DNA of 64,000 bases from contig OX597816.1 of assembly GCA_951406725.2 (NCBI GenBank), forward strand, positions 53,630,001 through 53,694,000. Reading direction: 5' to 3'. Position 1 is the stretch's first letter, and every line of letters begins with the position of its first letter. Under the pieces are notes generated by a model. It saw only the letters and a list, made by a program, of their open reading frames with translations, did not search any database and had not been told where the DNA came from. Shown here one piece after another: positions 41,881-53,971 of the stretch. Origin of the DNA: Octopus vulgaris. Its lineage: Eukaryota. Both the position numbers and the translations under genes were made by a program.

Positions 41881-42152
41881 TGACGATGATGATGATGAGG
41901 AGGAGGAGGAGGAGAAGGAGGTGGATGAAGATGATGAGGATGATGACGACGACGACGACGATGATGATGATGATGATGATGATGACGACGACGATGATGA
42001 TGATGATGATGAAGATGATAACAAGCATGCGTGTGTGATAAGAAGTTTGCTCCCCAACCACATAGTTCTAGGTTCAGTCCCACTGTGTGGCACGATGGGC
42101 TAGTGTCTTCTAATATAGCTTTGAGCTGACCAAAGCTTTATAAGTGTATTTG

Positions 42153-42262
<110 letters not shown>

Positions 42263-42305
42263 AATAAAAAATGGAGTCAACGCAGGTTTAAACAAGTATT
42301 TTTTC

Positions 42306-42388
42306 TTTCTACATATGTTTCAAAAATTCCACTGATACTTATTCAAAAGAATAAAAGGTATAAACAATGCAATCTTCTCTTCGGGAAA
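42306..42388 (-). ncRNA. Hammerhead ribozyme (copy in the inverted arm)
   Basis: Reverse complement of 45897-45979. Confidence 0.7.
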
Positions 42389-42590
42389 GTGAAAAAACGA
42401 AACTTGTCAATACGACATTTTAGCAAAAAATGATGGATTCGTATAGCGATAGACAGAACGCTATTAATATTGTTTAAAAAAACGTTATATGATATAACGT
42501 CATAAGTAGCTAACAGAAAGAGTAGGGATATTAATAGTGAATGTTAAATATAAAGGAAATTAAAGTCTAAACTATATATAATGATAGAGA

Positions 42591-43118
42591 CTACTTATAT
42601 GCACTAAAAGTATGCTTTTGCCAATGCTTACATCTGTATGCTCGTTCTATAACCGTGTTTACTAGAGTATTTTTAGAAAAAATAATGAAAAATAGCTCAG
42701 AATTGCAGAGAAGACAGAATTTCTTGCCTTTGTCATATGGTATCGAAATTGAGAGGATCAACCATTCCAAATGAAATTGTTCATTGTGGTCTTTTAAATT
42801 CCAAATCAGTTTGCTGAGACCGGTACTATTCCGTTTATTTCTATCCCTAAATGTTGAGTAATGGATAGAAATTCTCTTAGATAACTCTAACGATGTGCTT
42901 CCAATGTAAAATCGTACTTTATTACGAGTACTGATTATACACTGGTATATAGAATTTTTAATCTTAGAGTTACTTGACATAAATTTAATTCTATTGGGAT
43001 TGACTTCAGATACAATAACCTTGTTATTAATATTTCTAGAGGGTTGGATGGTAGTAGCTAAATTAATGTTAGTATTAGTAAATGTATTAATATTTAACAG
43101 TTTGTTATTATGAGAAGA
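42591..43118 (-). pseudogene. Inverted duplicate of the GIY-YIG C-terminus
   Basis: ORF 42591-42980 matches the last 129 aa of 44513-45694 except one residue (LIW vs LTW). Confidence 0.9.
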
Positions 43119-43365
43119 AAAAATACTTGTTTAAACCTGCGTTGACTCCATTTTTTATTCCTATTATTCAAATATTCAACGTAAACACGAAGTTTCAACC
43201 TTTATAAACAAGGAGTTACAACATCTTTACTTGTGAGATTTTGCTGCCCTGGTAACTATTCATTCATTTATCCGTGTTAATTGTTAACAAGGTAAAATAC
43301 ACTCATCTATTTATAATACTTTAATCAGGTTTATTAATAACCTGCTAACTGAATAGTTACAGCAT

Positions 43366-44511
43366 ATGGAGTTATTGAATATTAACGCATCTCTTAAGGA
43401 CATTCCTATTCCACCTAAGAATGTTTTCCTTAAACAACTTGTCAATAAGATTAATTCATTCATCAACCGAATAAGATGGCTTACCTTTTTCTTTGACAAA
43501 AATGACACTCAACAACACACTAATGATAAAACATCTGAGTTCAGCAAGTTATTTAAATCTAAAAATAGTCCGCCGCCTAACCCAAGGTTGAAGCAATTTG
43601 AAGATGATCTCTGGTCCATTGTGAGAAATGTAAAATTTCAACGGTCACCACTAAGAAATAAACATCTGAGGTATCTTCGCAACATCACCAAAGAAATCAA
43701 TTCTATGGATACTATGTTGGTTCAATCTGATAAGACTGGTAATCTGTACAAACTTTATAAAGACTATTATTTGGAATTACTTGAAAAAGAAATTCAGAAA
43801 AAGTATAAAATTGCTGATAAAAGAATACTTAAGAAAGCCAACATCGAGGCTATGAAAATCATGGAGAAATATAACCTACAAATGAAGACAGAACCTCTTG
43901 TTCCTAAGCAACCTAGGTTTATTTTGAAGGATCACAAACCAAATTTTTTTACTAACCCATCATTAAGGCTTATCTGCCCTTCTAGCTCTGACATCGGTAT
44001 CCTTAGTAAAAATATACTAGATAAATATATTCCTAATCTAATCAAAACATTAAAACTTAGCTTATGGACTAATTCATTTGACGTAGTTGACTGGTTTAGG
44101 TCTATTAACAGTAAGGTGAGTACGAAGTTTATCCAGTTTGATATTTCCAATTTTTATTCGTCTATTAATCCTATAGTACTTAATAAGGCACTTTGGCTTG
44201 CTCATAACAAAGCTGGTCTCACCCGAGAAGAAATTAATGTTGTGTTGGCAGCCAGAAGATCTATTATTAAATTTGATGATAAGTTGTGGGTCCGTAAAGA
44301 CACACCAGATAGTTTCGATATACCTATGGGAAGTTCTGATTCAGCACAGATAGCTGATTTGGTCTGTATATACATTCTTTTTGAAATGGCTGAAGAGTTC
44401 CCTAACATTTATGGAGGTCTATATCGTGATGATTGTTTACTTTACCTCCAAAATGTTTCTAACCAAAAGGTACAAAAAGTTAAGAACAGTTTAGTTAAAT
44501 TTTTTCAGTAG
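43366..44511 (+). CDS. PLE reverse transcriptase, N-terminal part
   Basis: S.KDIP start, SDKTGNLY (DKG-like), LKDHK, LRLI, FDISNFYSSI, IPMGSSDS, GLYRDD; ends at a 1-nt frameshift. Confidence 0.9.
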   Translation: MELLNINASLKDIPIPPKNVFLKQLVNKINSFINRIRWLTFFFDKNDTQQHTNDKTSEFSKLFKSKNSPPPNPRLKQFEDDLWSIVRNVKFQRSPLRNKHLRYLRNITKEINSMDTMLVQSDKTGNLYKLYKDYYLELLEKEIQKKYKIADKRILKKANIEAMKIMEKYNLQMKTEPLVPKQPRFILKDHKPNFFTNPSLRLICPSSSDIGILSKNILDKYIPNLIKTLKLSLWTNSFDVVDWFRSINSKVSTKFIQFDISNFYSSINPIVLNKALWLAHNKAGLTREEINVVLAARRSIIKFDDKLWVRKDTPDSFDIPMGSSDSAQIADLVCIYILFEMAEEFPNIYGGLYRDDCLLYLQNVSNQKVQKVKNSLVKFFQ

Positions 44512-44512
44512 A

Positions 44513-45694
44513 ATGGGCTTAAAAATCGTTTTTGATGACGATCTGACGAAGGCCAACTTTTTAGATATTACCCTTAATTTACACAGTGACTCTTACTTCC
44601 CATATCATAAACCGTTGACCAATCTTAAGTACATTAGCAAATTTAGTAATCATCCTGGAGCAATTACTAAGAATTTAGTTAAGAATATTTCATTTAGATT
44701 ATCTAAATTATCTGCTAATGTTGATATTTTCAATAATAACGCTGAATTCTATAACTCTGCCTTAATCAAAGCAGGTTATACAGAAAAAATTTTCTACATT
44801 GATTCTGCTCAGTCTAATTGTAAATTCAATAATGTAGTTATGATTTCTAGTCGTAAAAGAATTATTGATAACAAACATAACTTACGCACCGATACAAAGC
44901 GAATGAAGGCAGATAACCCTTATTTATTCCCCTATTACCGATCTAAAAGTAAATATAACACCTTCAAAAGTAATTACGCTATGAATACTAGTAAAAATAT
45001 TTGGTTAATAATTCCTTACGGGAGACAAATTAAATCTAATCTCCCACTGCTGTTTCGTCAAGCTATTGCTAGGAATTTTCCAAATAATTCTAGATATTAC
45101 TCTATAATTAATTCACATAAGGTTAGGATAGGTTTTTCAAACACAAAAAATCTCTTGCAAATTATATCTTCTCATAATAACAAACTGTTAAATATTAATA
45201 CATTTACTAATACTAACATTAATTTAGCTACTACCATCCAACCCTCTAGAAATATTAATAACAAGGTTATTGTATCTGAAGTCAATCCCAATAGAATTAA
45301 ATTTATGTCAAGTAACTCTAAGATTAAAAATTCTATATACCAGTGTATAATCAGTACTCGTAATAAAGTACGATTTTACATTGGAAGCACATCGTTAGAG
45401 TTATCTAAGAGAATTTCTATCCATTACTCAACATTTAGGGATAGAAATAAACGGAATAGTACCGGTCTCAGCAAACTGACTTGGAATTTAAAAGACCACA
45501 ATGAACAATTTCATTTGGAATGGTTGATCCTCTCAATTTCGATACCATATGACAAAGGCAAGAAATTCTGTCTTCTCTGCAATTCTGAGCTATTTTTCAT
45601 TATTTTTTCTAAAAATACTCTAGTAAACACGGTTATAGAACGAGCATACAGATGTAAGCATTGGCAAAAGCATACTTTTAGTGCATATAAGTAG
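44513..45694 (+). CDS. PLE RT thumb plus C-terminal GIY-YIG endonuclease
   Basis: GLKI, NFLDITLNL, YHKP..YISKFSNHP, IYQC..FYIGST..R...H, CLLC..E, terminal RCKH. Confidence 0.9.
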   Translation: MGLKIVFDDDLTKANFLDITLNLHSDSYFPYHKPLTNLKYISKFSNHPGAITKNLVKNISFRLSKLSANVDIFNNNAEFYNSALIKAGYTEKIFYIDSAQSNCKFNNVVMISSRKRIIDNKHNLRTDTKRMKADNPYLFPYYRSKSKYNTFKSNYAMNTSKNIWLIIPYGRQIKSNLPLLFRQAIARNFPNNSRYYSIINSHKVRIGFSNTKNLLQIISSHNNKLLNINTFTNTNINLATTIQPSRNINNKVIVSEVNPNRIKFMSSNSKIKNSIYQCIISTRNKVRFYIGSTSLELSKRISIHYSTFRDRNKRNSTGLSKLTWNLKDHNEQFHLEWLILSISIPYDKGKKFCLLCNSELFFIIFSKNTLVNTVIERAYRCKHWQKHTFSAYK

Positions 45695-45896
45695 TCTCTA
45701 TCATTATATATAGTTTAGACTTTAATTTCCTTTATATTTAACATTCACTATTAATATCCCTACTCTTTCTGTTAGCTACTTATGACGTTATATCATATAA
45801 CGTTTTTTTAAACAATATTAATAGCGTTCTGTCTATCGCTATACGAATCCATCATTTTTTGCTAAAATGTCGTATTGACAAGTTTCGTTTTTTCAC

Positions 45897-45979
45897 TTTC
45901 CCGAAGAGAAGATTGCATTGTTTATACCTTTTATTCTTTTGAATAAGTATCAGTGGAATTTTTGAAACATATGTAGAAA
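45897..45979 (+). ncRNA. Type I hammerhead ribozyme in PLE 3' region, CCGAAGA core, extended stem II
   Basis: TTTC CCGAAGA [GAAGATTGCA..TTATTC-TTTT-GAATAA..TGGAATTTTT] GAAA CATATG TA GAAA; palindromic stem III, 4-bp stem I, predicted cleavage after GUA at 45975. Confidence 0.7.
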
Positions 45980-46167
45980 GAAAAAATACTTGTTTAAACC
46001 TGCGTTGACTCCATTTTTTATTCCTATTATTCAAATATTCAACGTAAACACGAAGTTTCAACCTTTATAAACAAGGAGTTACAACATCTTTACTTGTGAG
46101 ATTTTGCTGCCCTGGTAACTATTCATTCATTTATCCGTGTTAATTGTTAACAAGGTAAAATACACTC

Positions 46168-46218
<51 letters not shown>

Positions 46219-46308
46219 CATTCATACATACATACATGCATGCATACATACATACATACATACATACATACATACATACATACATACATACATACATACA
46301 TACATACA

Positions 46309-46344
<36 letters not shown>

Positions 46345-46618
46345 TGGACTTTCCTGTCAAAGATGACAATATGAGCGTTCAGCTATTGCTGACTGACCTG
46401 CACAAATGATTTGTTTATAATGATTGCTCCCTCCATCAAATCGATATTATCTGAACAGGTACACCATGTACCATGCATAATGTGCTGAAGTGATCACAGA
46501 GCAACATTAGATGAAATGTTTTGCTCAAGAACACAATGAACCACCCAGTCTAGGAACTGAAACCCACAATCTCGTGATCGTGAGGACAACATCCTAACCA
46601 CTAGGCCATATATATATA

Positions 46619-47019
46619 TCTTCTTTATATATAAAAGTCAAGTTGTGTGTCTGTCTCCTACGATTTAGATTCCTAACTACTCCCACATTTTGCGGTGCAG
46701 TTTAACCAAAAGCGGGTATCTTATAGTCGTGATTCATATCGAGCCCTTCTGGGTATTAGCATGCGTCTACGATGAGTCTACGATTTTAAAAAAAATTTAC
46801 CATTTTTTTCCTGTTTAATGCATTTTTTTCGCTATTATATAAGGGAAGTAATTCTCTAAAAATGTTTACGATGAGTCAACGATTTTTAAAAATATTTACC
46901 ATCATTTTTTTTTCCATTTTTGGTGCATTTTTTTTGCTATTTTTTGGCTATAACTCTCTAAAAATGCTTATATAGTTATTTCCCTTATAAACCCGAGCAA
47001 CGCCGGGCGATACTGCTAG
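46619..47019 (+). mobile_element. Non-autonomous Helitron
   Basis: A|TC 5' end (TCTTCTTTATATATAAAAG), 3' hairpin CCCGAGCAACGCCGGG, CTAG|T end, no TSD. Confidence 0.8.
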
Positions 47020-47118
47020 TATATATATATATATATATTCCTTGCATCTCTACTTCACACTCCAAACACACATTCTTCTCTCTTTTCTCTCTCTCTCTCT
47101 CTCTCTGTTTTTTCCAAT

Positions 47119-47176
<58 letters not shown>

Positions 47177-48194
47177 CTTTCTACTAATTGCCATTCTTCT
47201 ACAACTATATTCCATACCTTCTAATCTGCTGTCTCAGCACTCATTTCACATTCCCATAAACAAATTTATCTGCTTAAAAAACATTAAATTCCAAAATCGA
47301 ATATTGTCTTCACAAAACAATTTATCCACTTAAAATCTCACCACTTTATATACAAAATGGAAATTTTCAAGCCTCAATGAATATCCCACTCACTAACTAC
47401 AAAATTCCAACGCAGCAACATTGACTGACATACCACCATACCCTTTCACACTGCACACAACAAAATGACATTTTAACATCTCCAATTTAATTCTATTTAT
47501 TATCTCTTTATTATTTTCTTTCTAATCACAAAGCCAGACTTTCACCTTTACATTCCGAATTGACTCAGCCAACTCACACTCATACACACATCCCCAAAAT
47601 GAAATTACTGCCTTCAAATAAAAACAAATAAATTATTTTCTTTTTAAAAAAAAAGATGCCATCAAAAGAAAAAGGCAAGATGATAAACACGTTTCACAAA
47701 TAAATACATCAATCTTGCATGATTTCCACCCAGGAAACTCTACTTGTCATTCTAAGGCATTGAATTTTCCAATGCACACAGTAGAAATCATTATTCAACA
47801 ATGCCTACTGTGACTCCCAGCCTTGCCAGCTCTTGTCAAACCATCCAACCCATAGCAGCATGAAAAACGGACATTAAATGATGATGATAATGGTGATTAT
47901 GATAATGATGATGATGGTGGTGGTTGTTTGGTGGTGGTGGTGGTGGTGGTGGTGGAGGTGATAATTTATATAACATATATAATATACATATAATATATAA
48001 TCATATATATATATATATATATATATATGCTAGGAAATGGATGCGTGGCGTTCAATCAAATAATAATATAAATAATATATATATATATATATATAGTTAC
48101 TCCATACATGATCAAAGAGAACACACAACAACACGAGGACGTGGAACAAGTATAGTGCTATTGGACGCTCAGGAAAGGAAAGAAAGAAGGAGGA

Positions 48195-48227
48195 TTTAAC
48201 GTTTCAAGCGGAGCTCTTCGTCAGAAA
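48195..48227 (-). ncRNA. Minimal hammerhead ribozyme in a short PLE-type element (about 48095-48300)
   Basis: Minus: TTT CTGACGA AGAGCTCCGCTT GAAA CG TT AAA; palindromic ACGT stem III. Confidence 0.7.
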
Positions 48228-48575
48228 CATAGAAAAAGGAAAGGTCCAAGGAAGGGAAGACGGAGAAAGAAAATCACCAATGATACACACACGGTCACAT
48301 ATATATATATATATATATATATATGCGCATATATATATATGTATATATACATACATACACACATATATATACATATATATATGCGCATATATATATATAT
48401 ATATATAGATATATATATATATGGGTGTGTGTGATTGTGTATAGAAGAATATATTAATAAAAAGAATTCCAACCTTGTCTGATTTTCACGTTTTATTTAC
48501 AATCTTATAATGATAATATATTATAATTGAGTAAACTAAAATGAAATAGTAGAATGTTAAATATTCATTCTGATT

Positions 48576-48618
48576 GAACTAGTACTTTCATGCATTGAAT
48601 TCTGCAATCTTCGGGTTC
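48576..48618 (-). ncRNA. Hammerhead ribozyme with CCGAAGA core
   Basis: Minus: GAAC CCGAAGA TTGCA-GAATTCAA-TGCAT GAAA GTAC TA GTTC; stem I GAAC/GTTC, palindromic AGTACT stem III. Confidence 0.7.
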
Positions 48619-49113
48619 ATGTAGTAGTGTTGACAGTCATGCTTCACAATTTTTGACTGTAGCAAGATGAGTGATTCTGTGCTATAAATACAGCTGGGTA
48701 GGCTCCAGAGTGCTAGGTTTTGCAAACTGTATTCTGACCAATCAGTGTGTAGTATCACTCAATTACTTAAGCTGATTGGTTGGTTGAGCTGATTGGTTTA
48801 GGCATCACGCTTTGTTGGACAGGTCAAGAGTCCTGTATCTTGACCCTGGCCGAAGCAGCAATTGTTGGGTTATTTTTAGAAATGTTGTAAATATCCTTTG
48901 TCAGAGATTTTTATATTTTTATATTTCAATTGTCATCATCATCATTGTCAGCACCTTAATTATTGTTGCTAGTGGTGATGGTGGTGGCAATAGAACTTTT
49001 AACCCTAAATAAGATAATTTTCCTGCTATCTTCGTCTTGATCACCTTTAGTATTGTTGTTGTTGTTAGTGGTCATGGTCGTAGCAGTGGAAGTAATACCT
49101 CTAAGTATTATTA

Positions 49114-49508
49114 TTATTGCTTATTTAGCTTGGGTTCGAATTTATCAATAAAATTCTTTTCTCTGATTTTCCTCTCGATTTCACTTGGGCTGTGTAATTT
49201 GTAGAATGGAAATATTATATATATTTTCCGACCACATGTTGCTAGGTGGTTACTCAAAGGTATCTGACGGACCTCTGGGTCTCTAATCTGTTGCCGGTGT
49301 ACACGTGAGCGTTCTAATAGTGCGTTTCCCGTCTGACCTACATATATTTCTTCACAATTTGGGCATTTGATGCAGTAAATTAAATTTCTGCTTTTGCAGT
49401 TCATATTCGCGTTTGTGAATATTTTCCCGGTTTTTGTGTTTATATATTGACCGGTATGTATGAATTGGCATGTGCCACATCGGCTATCATTGCATTTAGA
49501 TACCGTGA
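49114..49508 (-). pseudogene. PLE Cys-rich linker plus GIY-YIG endonuclease (C-terminal fragment)
   Basis: CNDSRCGTC linker, CKSRNLIYCIKCPNC..IYVGQT..R...H..SNHL, RE..FI..FEP.LN. Confidence 0.85.
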
Positions 49509-49559
49509 ATATATATATATATATATATATACATGCATACACACATATATATACACATG

Positions 49560-50690
49560 CACATGTGGGTACAGGACGTCACCAACAGAAAACAACAAGA
49601 AATACAAAAACAAATGAGTTCAATACACAAACGAGAGAAACAAATGGAAAACAGGACAAGTAAAACAAAGAACAACCTTTCATCAGTTGTCGGCTGTCTA
49701 TCTACTCCTCATTTCGAGCATTGAATGACAATATGAGTCTTTGAAGACAGTTCCTCCCATAAGTATCAAAATAAAATTTTGGATTTATGGATGGTCAAAG
49801 TTGGGAACAAAAGCAGGACAGTGGAAACATACAAGGAAACCGAACAAAAACAAATATGGAGTTTTTGTTAGACCAGAATGAGGGTAAAAATAGCAAATGC
49901 TGGAGAAATATTTTCTTCGACAAGAGAAAAGATAAGTGAGATAGATAGAATACATCCAGTCCTTAGGACAGGAGTAGATAAACAGCCGACAACTGGTGAA
50001 GGGGCGTTCTTTGTGTTACTTGTCCTATTTTCCATTTGTTTCTCTCGTTGTTTAAATTCATTTGCTTTCATATTTCCTGTTGTTTACTTTTGGTGACGTC
50101 TTGTACCCATATATGCATGTAAGTTTATCATAGCCCTTTTGATGCGATTCTATTCTATACTGTTTTCTCCCCTTCATCGTTTTCTCTCTCTCTCCCTCTT
50201 TCTCTTTTTCTCTCTCTTGTTGCTCACACGTGACCATCGTCCACCTTTCTTTTCCTCATGATCATCTTTCATTTCCTCCAGGACTGTCCAAAGGACTGGA
50301 CGTATTCTATCTCTCTCTCTCTCTTATCTTTTCTCTTGCCAAAGAAAATATTTCTCCAGCTTTCGCTATTTTACCCTTGTTCTGGTCTAACAAACCTCCA
50401 GGTTTGTTTTTGTTTTGGTTTCCTTGTATGTCTCTACTGATCTGTTTTTGTTCCCAACTTTGACCCTCCATAAATCCAAAATTTTATTTTGGTACTTATG
50501 GGAACAACTGTCTTTGAAGACTCATATTGTCATTCAATGCTCGAAATGACAACTGATGAAAGGTCGTTCTTTGTATTACTTGTCCTGTTTTCCATTTGTT
50601 TCTCTCGTTGTTTGTGTATTGAACTCATTTGTTTTTGTATTTCATGTTGTTTACTGTTGGTGACGTCCTGTGCCCATATATGCATGTGTG
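49560..50690. repeat. Inverted and partly triplicated ~400-bp repeat, probably PLE pLTR-derived
   Basis: 49565-49970 inverse of about 50280-50680; 49970-50110 inverse of 49565-49710; (TA)n flanks. Confidence 0.65.
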
Positions 50691-50722
<32 letters not shown>

Positions 50723-50912
50723 TAAGAAAATAAAAAAGGAAAATACGCACACTTACATGGTTATAATATAATTTTTAATGTGTCAATCGGTTTCGCAATC
50801 ACTATTCATGATATAATGTTTAATTTATATGAATATATATTTTTTCTTATTAAGAAGAAATTTGGTCCATGTTGTTTGTAATGAAATTCACGAGTGAATA
50901 TATATATATATT

Positions 50913-51575
50913 ATTTATCTATACAATAATATGTTACATTACTCGATAGTCAAGATAAAACTCTGAGTTTCAGATGCCGAAGTGGAAATCCACAACACCA
51001 TCTCTTCGGTTATCTGGCTATTTGAAAACGCTATGAAAAAATACCGTTATATAAAGGGAAATTACTGTGTTACAACTCTGCTTGCCTGCGTACTTATACA
51101 TCGCAGATCTGGAAAAGCAGCTTAGACCCTACTACATGTCTAAACACAAGGACAGAACTTTTTGGATCATGCCCACATGTGACTAAATTTCTGTTACGTT
51201 TTTGGTCCCCTAAAGAAAACAGATAGAACATGCTTTCTATGTTATGTCCCAAGAAGATTTTATATATTTTTATATATTTTTTATGTATTTTTATATAATT
51301 TTTATGACGAAAAATGCGAGCGATGTATAAGTACGCAGGCAAGCAGAGTTATAACACAGTAATTTCCCTTTATATAACGGTATTTTTTCATAGCGTTTTC
51401 AAATAGCCAGATAACCGAAGAGATGGTGTTGTGGATTTCCACTTCGGCATCTGAAACTCAGAGTTTTATCTTGACTATCGAGTAATGTAACATATTATTG
51501 TATAGATAAATTTCCTCTATTTACATAATATTGAGGTCTCTTTCTTTCTTTTGTTATCTTACCGTTTTACCAATA
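50913..51575 (+). mobile_element. Very short 3' fragment of a second Hydra-like PLE with inverted 5' arm
   Basis: Arms 50913-51104 / 51320-51511; 51107-51226 encodes IWKSSLDPTTCLNTRTELFGSCPHVTKFLLRFWSPKENR*, with an N..E...C.H ending like the 45694 ORF. Confidence 0.7.
51410..51470 (+). ncRNA. Hammerhead ribozyme with CCGAAGA core (mirror copy 50954-51014 minus)
   Basis: GATAA CCGAAGA GATG..GTGGA-TT-TCCAC..CATCT GAAA CTC-A-GAG TT TTATC; stem I GATAA/TTATC. Confidence 0.7.
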
Positions 51576-51609
51576 TATATTATTTATATATATATTTATA
51601 TATATCTTG

Positions 51610-52700
51610 TGTTATCCCATAAATAATGTGTTTTTTTCAGTTGCATGAACTAAAAGTTGGAGGAGGATGAGATAAACTACCTGCATCAACTTGCTATAAA
51701 AGCAGGTAGGAATTTTACCTTGTAGTTATTCTTAGTACAAGTTTTGAGACTGCAGTTCGATTTTAACAGTAATTATTTTAAAGCTGTAATGGAAGTGACA
51801 AAGAAGCATATTTGGCATATTTTGCTTTATGAGTTCAATAAAGGCAACAATGCAAGGGTAAGTGCAAGGAATATTAATGCAGTATATGGGGATCAGACAA
51901 TAAGCATAAGCCAGTGTCAACAGTGGTTCCAGAAATTCTGAGTCAGAAACTACAACCTATAAAATGGGCCTCGTCCCGGAAATCGGTAGATCTCAACAAG
52001 GATGTTCTGCAAACCCTTGTGGAACAAAATCCCATCATAACTGTTGAGAAACTAGCAGAGAAGCTTGGGTTTGGTCATTCAACCATTCATTGACACCAAT
52101 GTGCCATCAGAAAAGTCAGCAATTTGGATCAGTTGGTTCCTCACAAAGTTTCCGAGTCTAATCGTATGCAGAGGGTGAATGTGTTCTCTTCTTTGCTGTC
52201 ATGTCTCATAAATGAACCTTTTTTGGACCGAATAGTGACTGGTAGTGAGAAATGGGTTCTCTATAAAAATGTCAAGCACCAAAGACAGTGGGTAGGGATA
52301 GGAGAAACACTAGCACCCCTGGTTAAAGAAGGTTTGCATCTGTGTAAGGTGTTGTTATCTGTCTAATGAGATATGAAAAGTTAATCCCACTTTGAACTTT
52401 AAAACCCAAACCAAATGATAACAAAGGAGATCTACTGTGAGCAACTTCAGTGGCTTAAGTCAGCATTAGAAGAGAAACGACCATCTTTAGTTTCAAGATG
52501 AAAGGTGTTCTATCATCAGGATAATACTCGGTCACATACAGCAAGGATGACATTCCAAGGGCTGGAGCAGTTTGAATGGGAAATGATGCCTCACCTACCA
52601 TATTCGCCAGACATTGCCCCATCTGATTATCATTTATTCCACAGTCTTCAAAATCATTTCGAAGGAAAAAGTATGAATTCTGTAGACAAGGTAAGAACAG
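51610..52700 (+). pseudogene. Mariner transposon relic, 3' end cut by an RTE 3'UTR (about 52700-52910)
   Basis: LLYEF.KG..A, WFQKF, LVPH, IVTGSEKWVLY, HQDNTRSH, HLPYSPDIAPSDYHLF. Confidence 0.88.
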
Positions 52701-52998
52701 TACTGGCCCCTGTGCCGGTGGCACATAAAAAGCACCCACTACACTCACGGAATGGTTGACGTTAGGAAGGACATCCAGCTGTAAAAACATTGCCAGATCA
52801 GACTGGAGCCTGGTGCAGCCTCTTGGCTTCCCAGACCCCAGTCAAACCGTCCAACCCATGGTAGCATGGAAACAGACATTAAATGATGATGGTGATGATG
52901 ATGATGATTATTGGCGTTGCAAATGGATATGGTACAGAAATGTGTAACTTATAATTAAAAATGTGTTAAAGTATTTTCTTTGTCTTCTTTCCATTGGT

Positions 52999-53043
<45 letters not shown>

Positions 53044-53552
53044 TATACAATTACATATGAGCTACTCATACTTCCAAGATACATTAAATTGGCAGATTTA
53101 TGTGACATGCCATATATATCGAAGCAATTTTTCAAGCACAGTTCATAACGTTTGATGTATTTAAAAACCAGGACACTGGACTATGAGAAAGGAGGAGAAA
53201 TAAATGAGAAAAAAAATGTGAAGCAAGTTAATGCAAAAAGAGGAAGGAGAAGAAACAAAAGTAAAAAAAACAAGATCTTCTCTTTCTTTGACTGTAGAGA
53301 CTATAATTAATGTAGTTGGTGTGGAATAATATAACAGAAAGGAGGCCAAAGTCTTTGAGATAGCAAAATCTGGAGTTGGTTGTGTTCCTCAGTCTGACAA
53401 AAGAAACTTGTCCATGTGCCTGTATTTGCTAAAAATTTCATATCTGGAATTAAATAACATAGTGGAATTCTTGTACCTAAAAAGAATCTTATGTCACTAC
53501 CTTACTTTCTCTCTTTATTTCTAGAGTCACACCCACCAAACTTCACACTAAA

Positions 53553-53971
53553 CATCATCATCATCATCATCGTTTAACGTCTGTTTTCCATGCTACCATA
53601 GGTTGGATGGTTTGACCGTGGTCTGAAAAGCCAGGGGCTGCACCAGGCTCCAGTCTGATCTGGCAGTGCTTCTACAGCTAGATGCCCTTCCTAACACCAA
53701 CCACTCCATGTGTGTTGTGGGTGCTTTTTATGTGCCACCGACATAGGTGCCAGGGGAGGCCGGCAATGGCCATGATCGGTTGGTGCGTTTTACATGCCAC
53801 TGGCACAGAAGCCAGTCAAGGTGTCGCTGGCATTGGCCTCATTTGGATGGTGCTTTTTACGTGCCACCGACATGGGTATCACAACTACAATTTCCATTTG
53901 ATTTTTATTTTGATGTTGATGTACTTAACTCAATAGGTCTACTCAAGTGCAGCAGGTCACCCTATGATAAC
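53553..53971 (-). mobile_element. RTE 3'UTR with (GAT)n tail
   Basis: Homologous to about 3825-4229. Confidence 0.75.

Larger units (their letters stand above)
48440..49508 (-). mobile_element. 5'-truncated Penelope-like element (Neptune-like) in (TA)n
   Basis: GIY-YIG ORF end, long 3' region with a hammerhead, (TA)n at both ends. Confidence 0.8.

Noticed and set aside
44509-44511. Stop-codon recoding (selenocysteine or readthrough) in the PLE ORF
   Set aside because: The stop is TAG and the downstream ORF is in a different frame, so a 1-nt indel or frameshift is required
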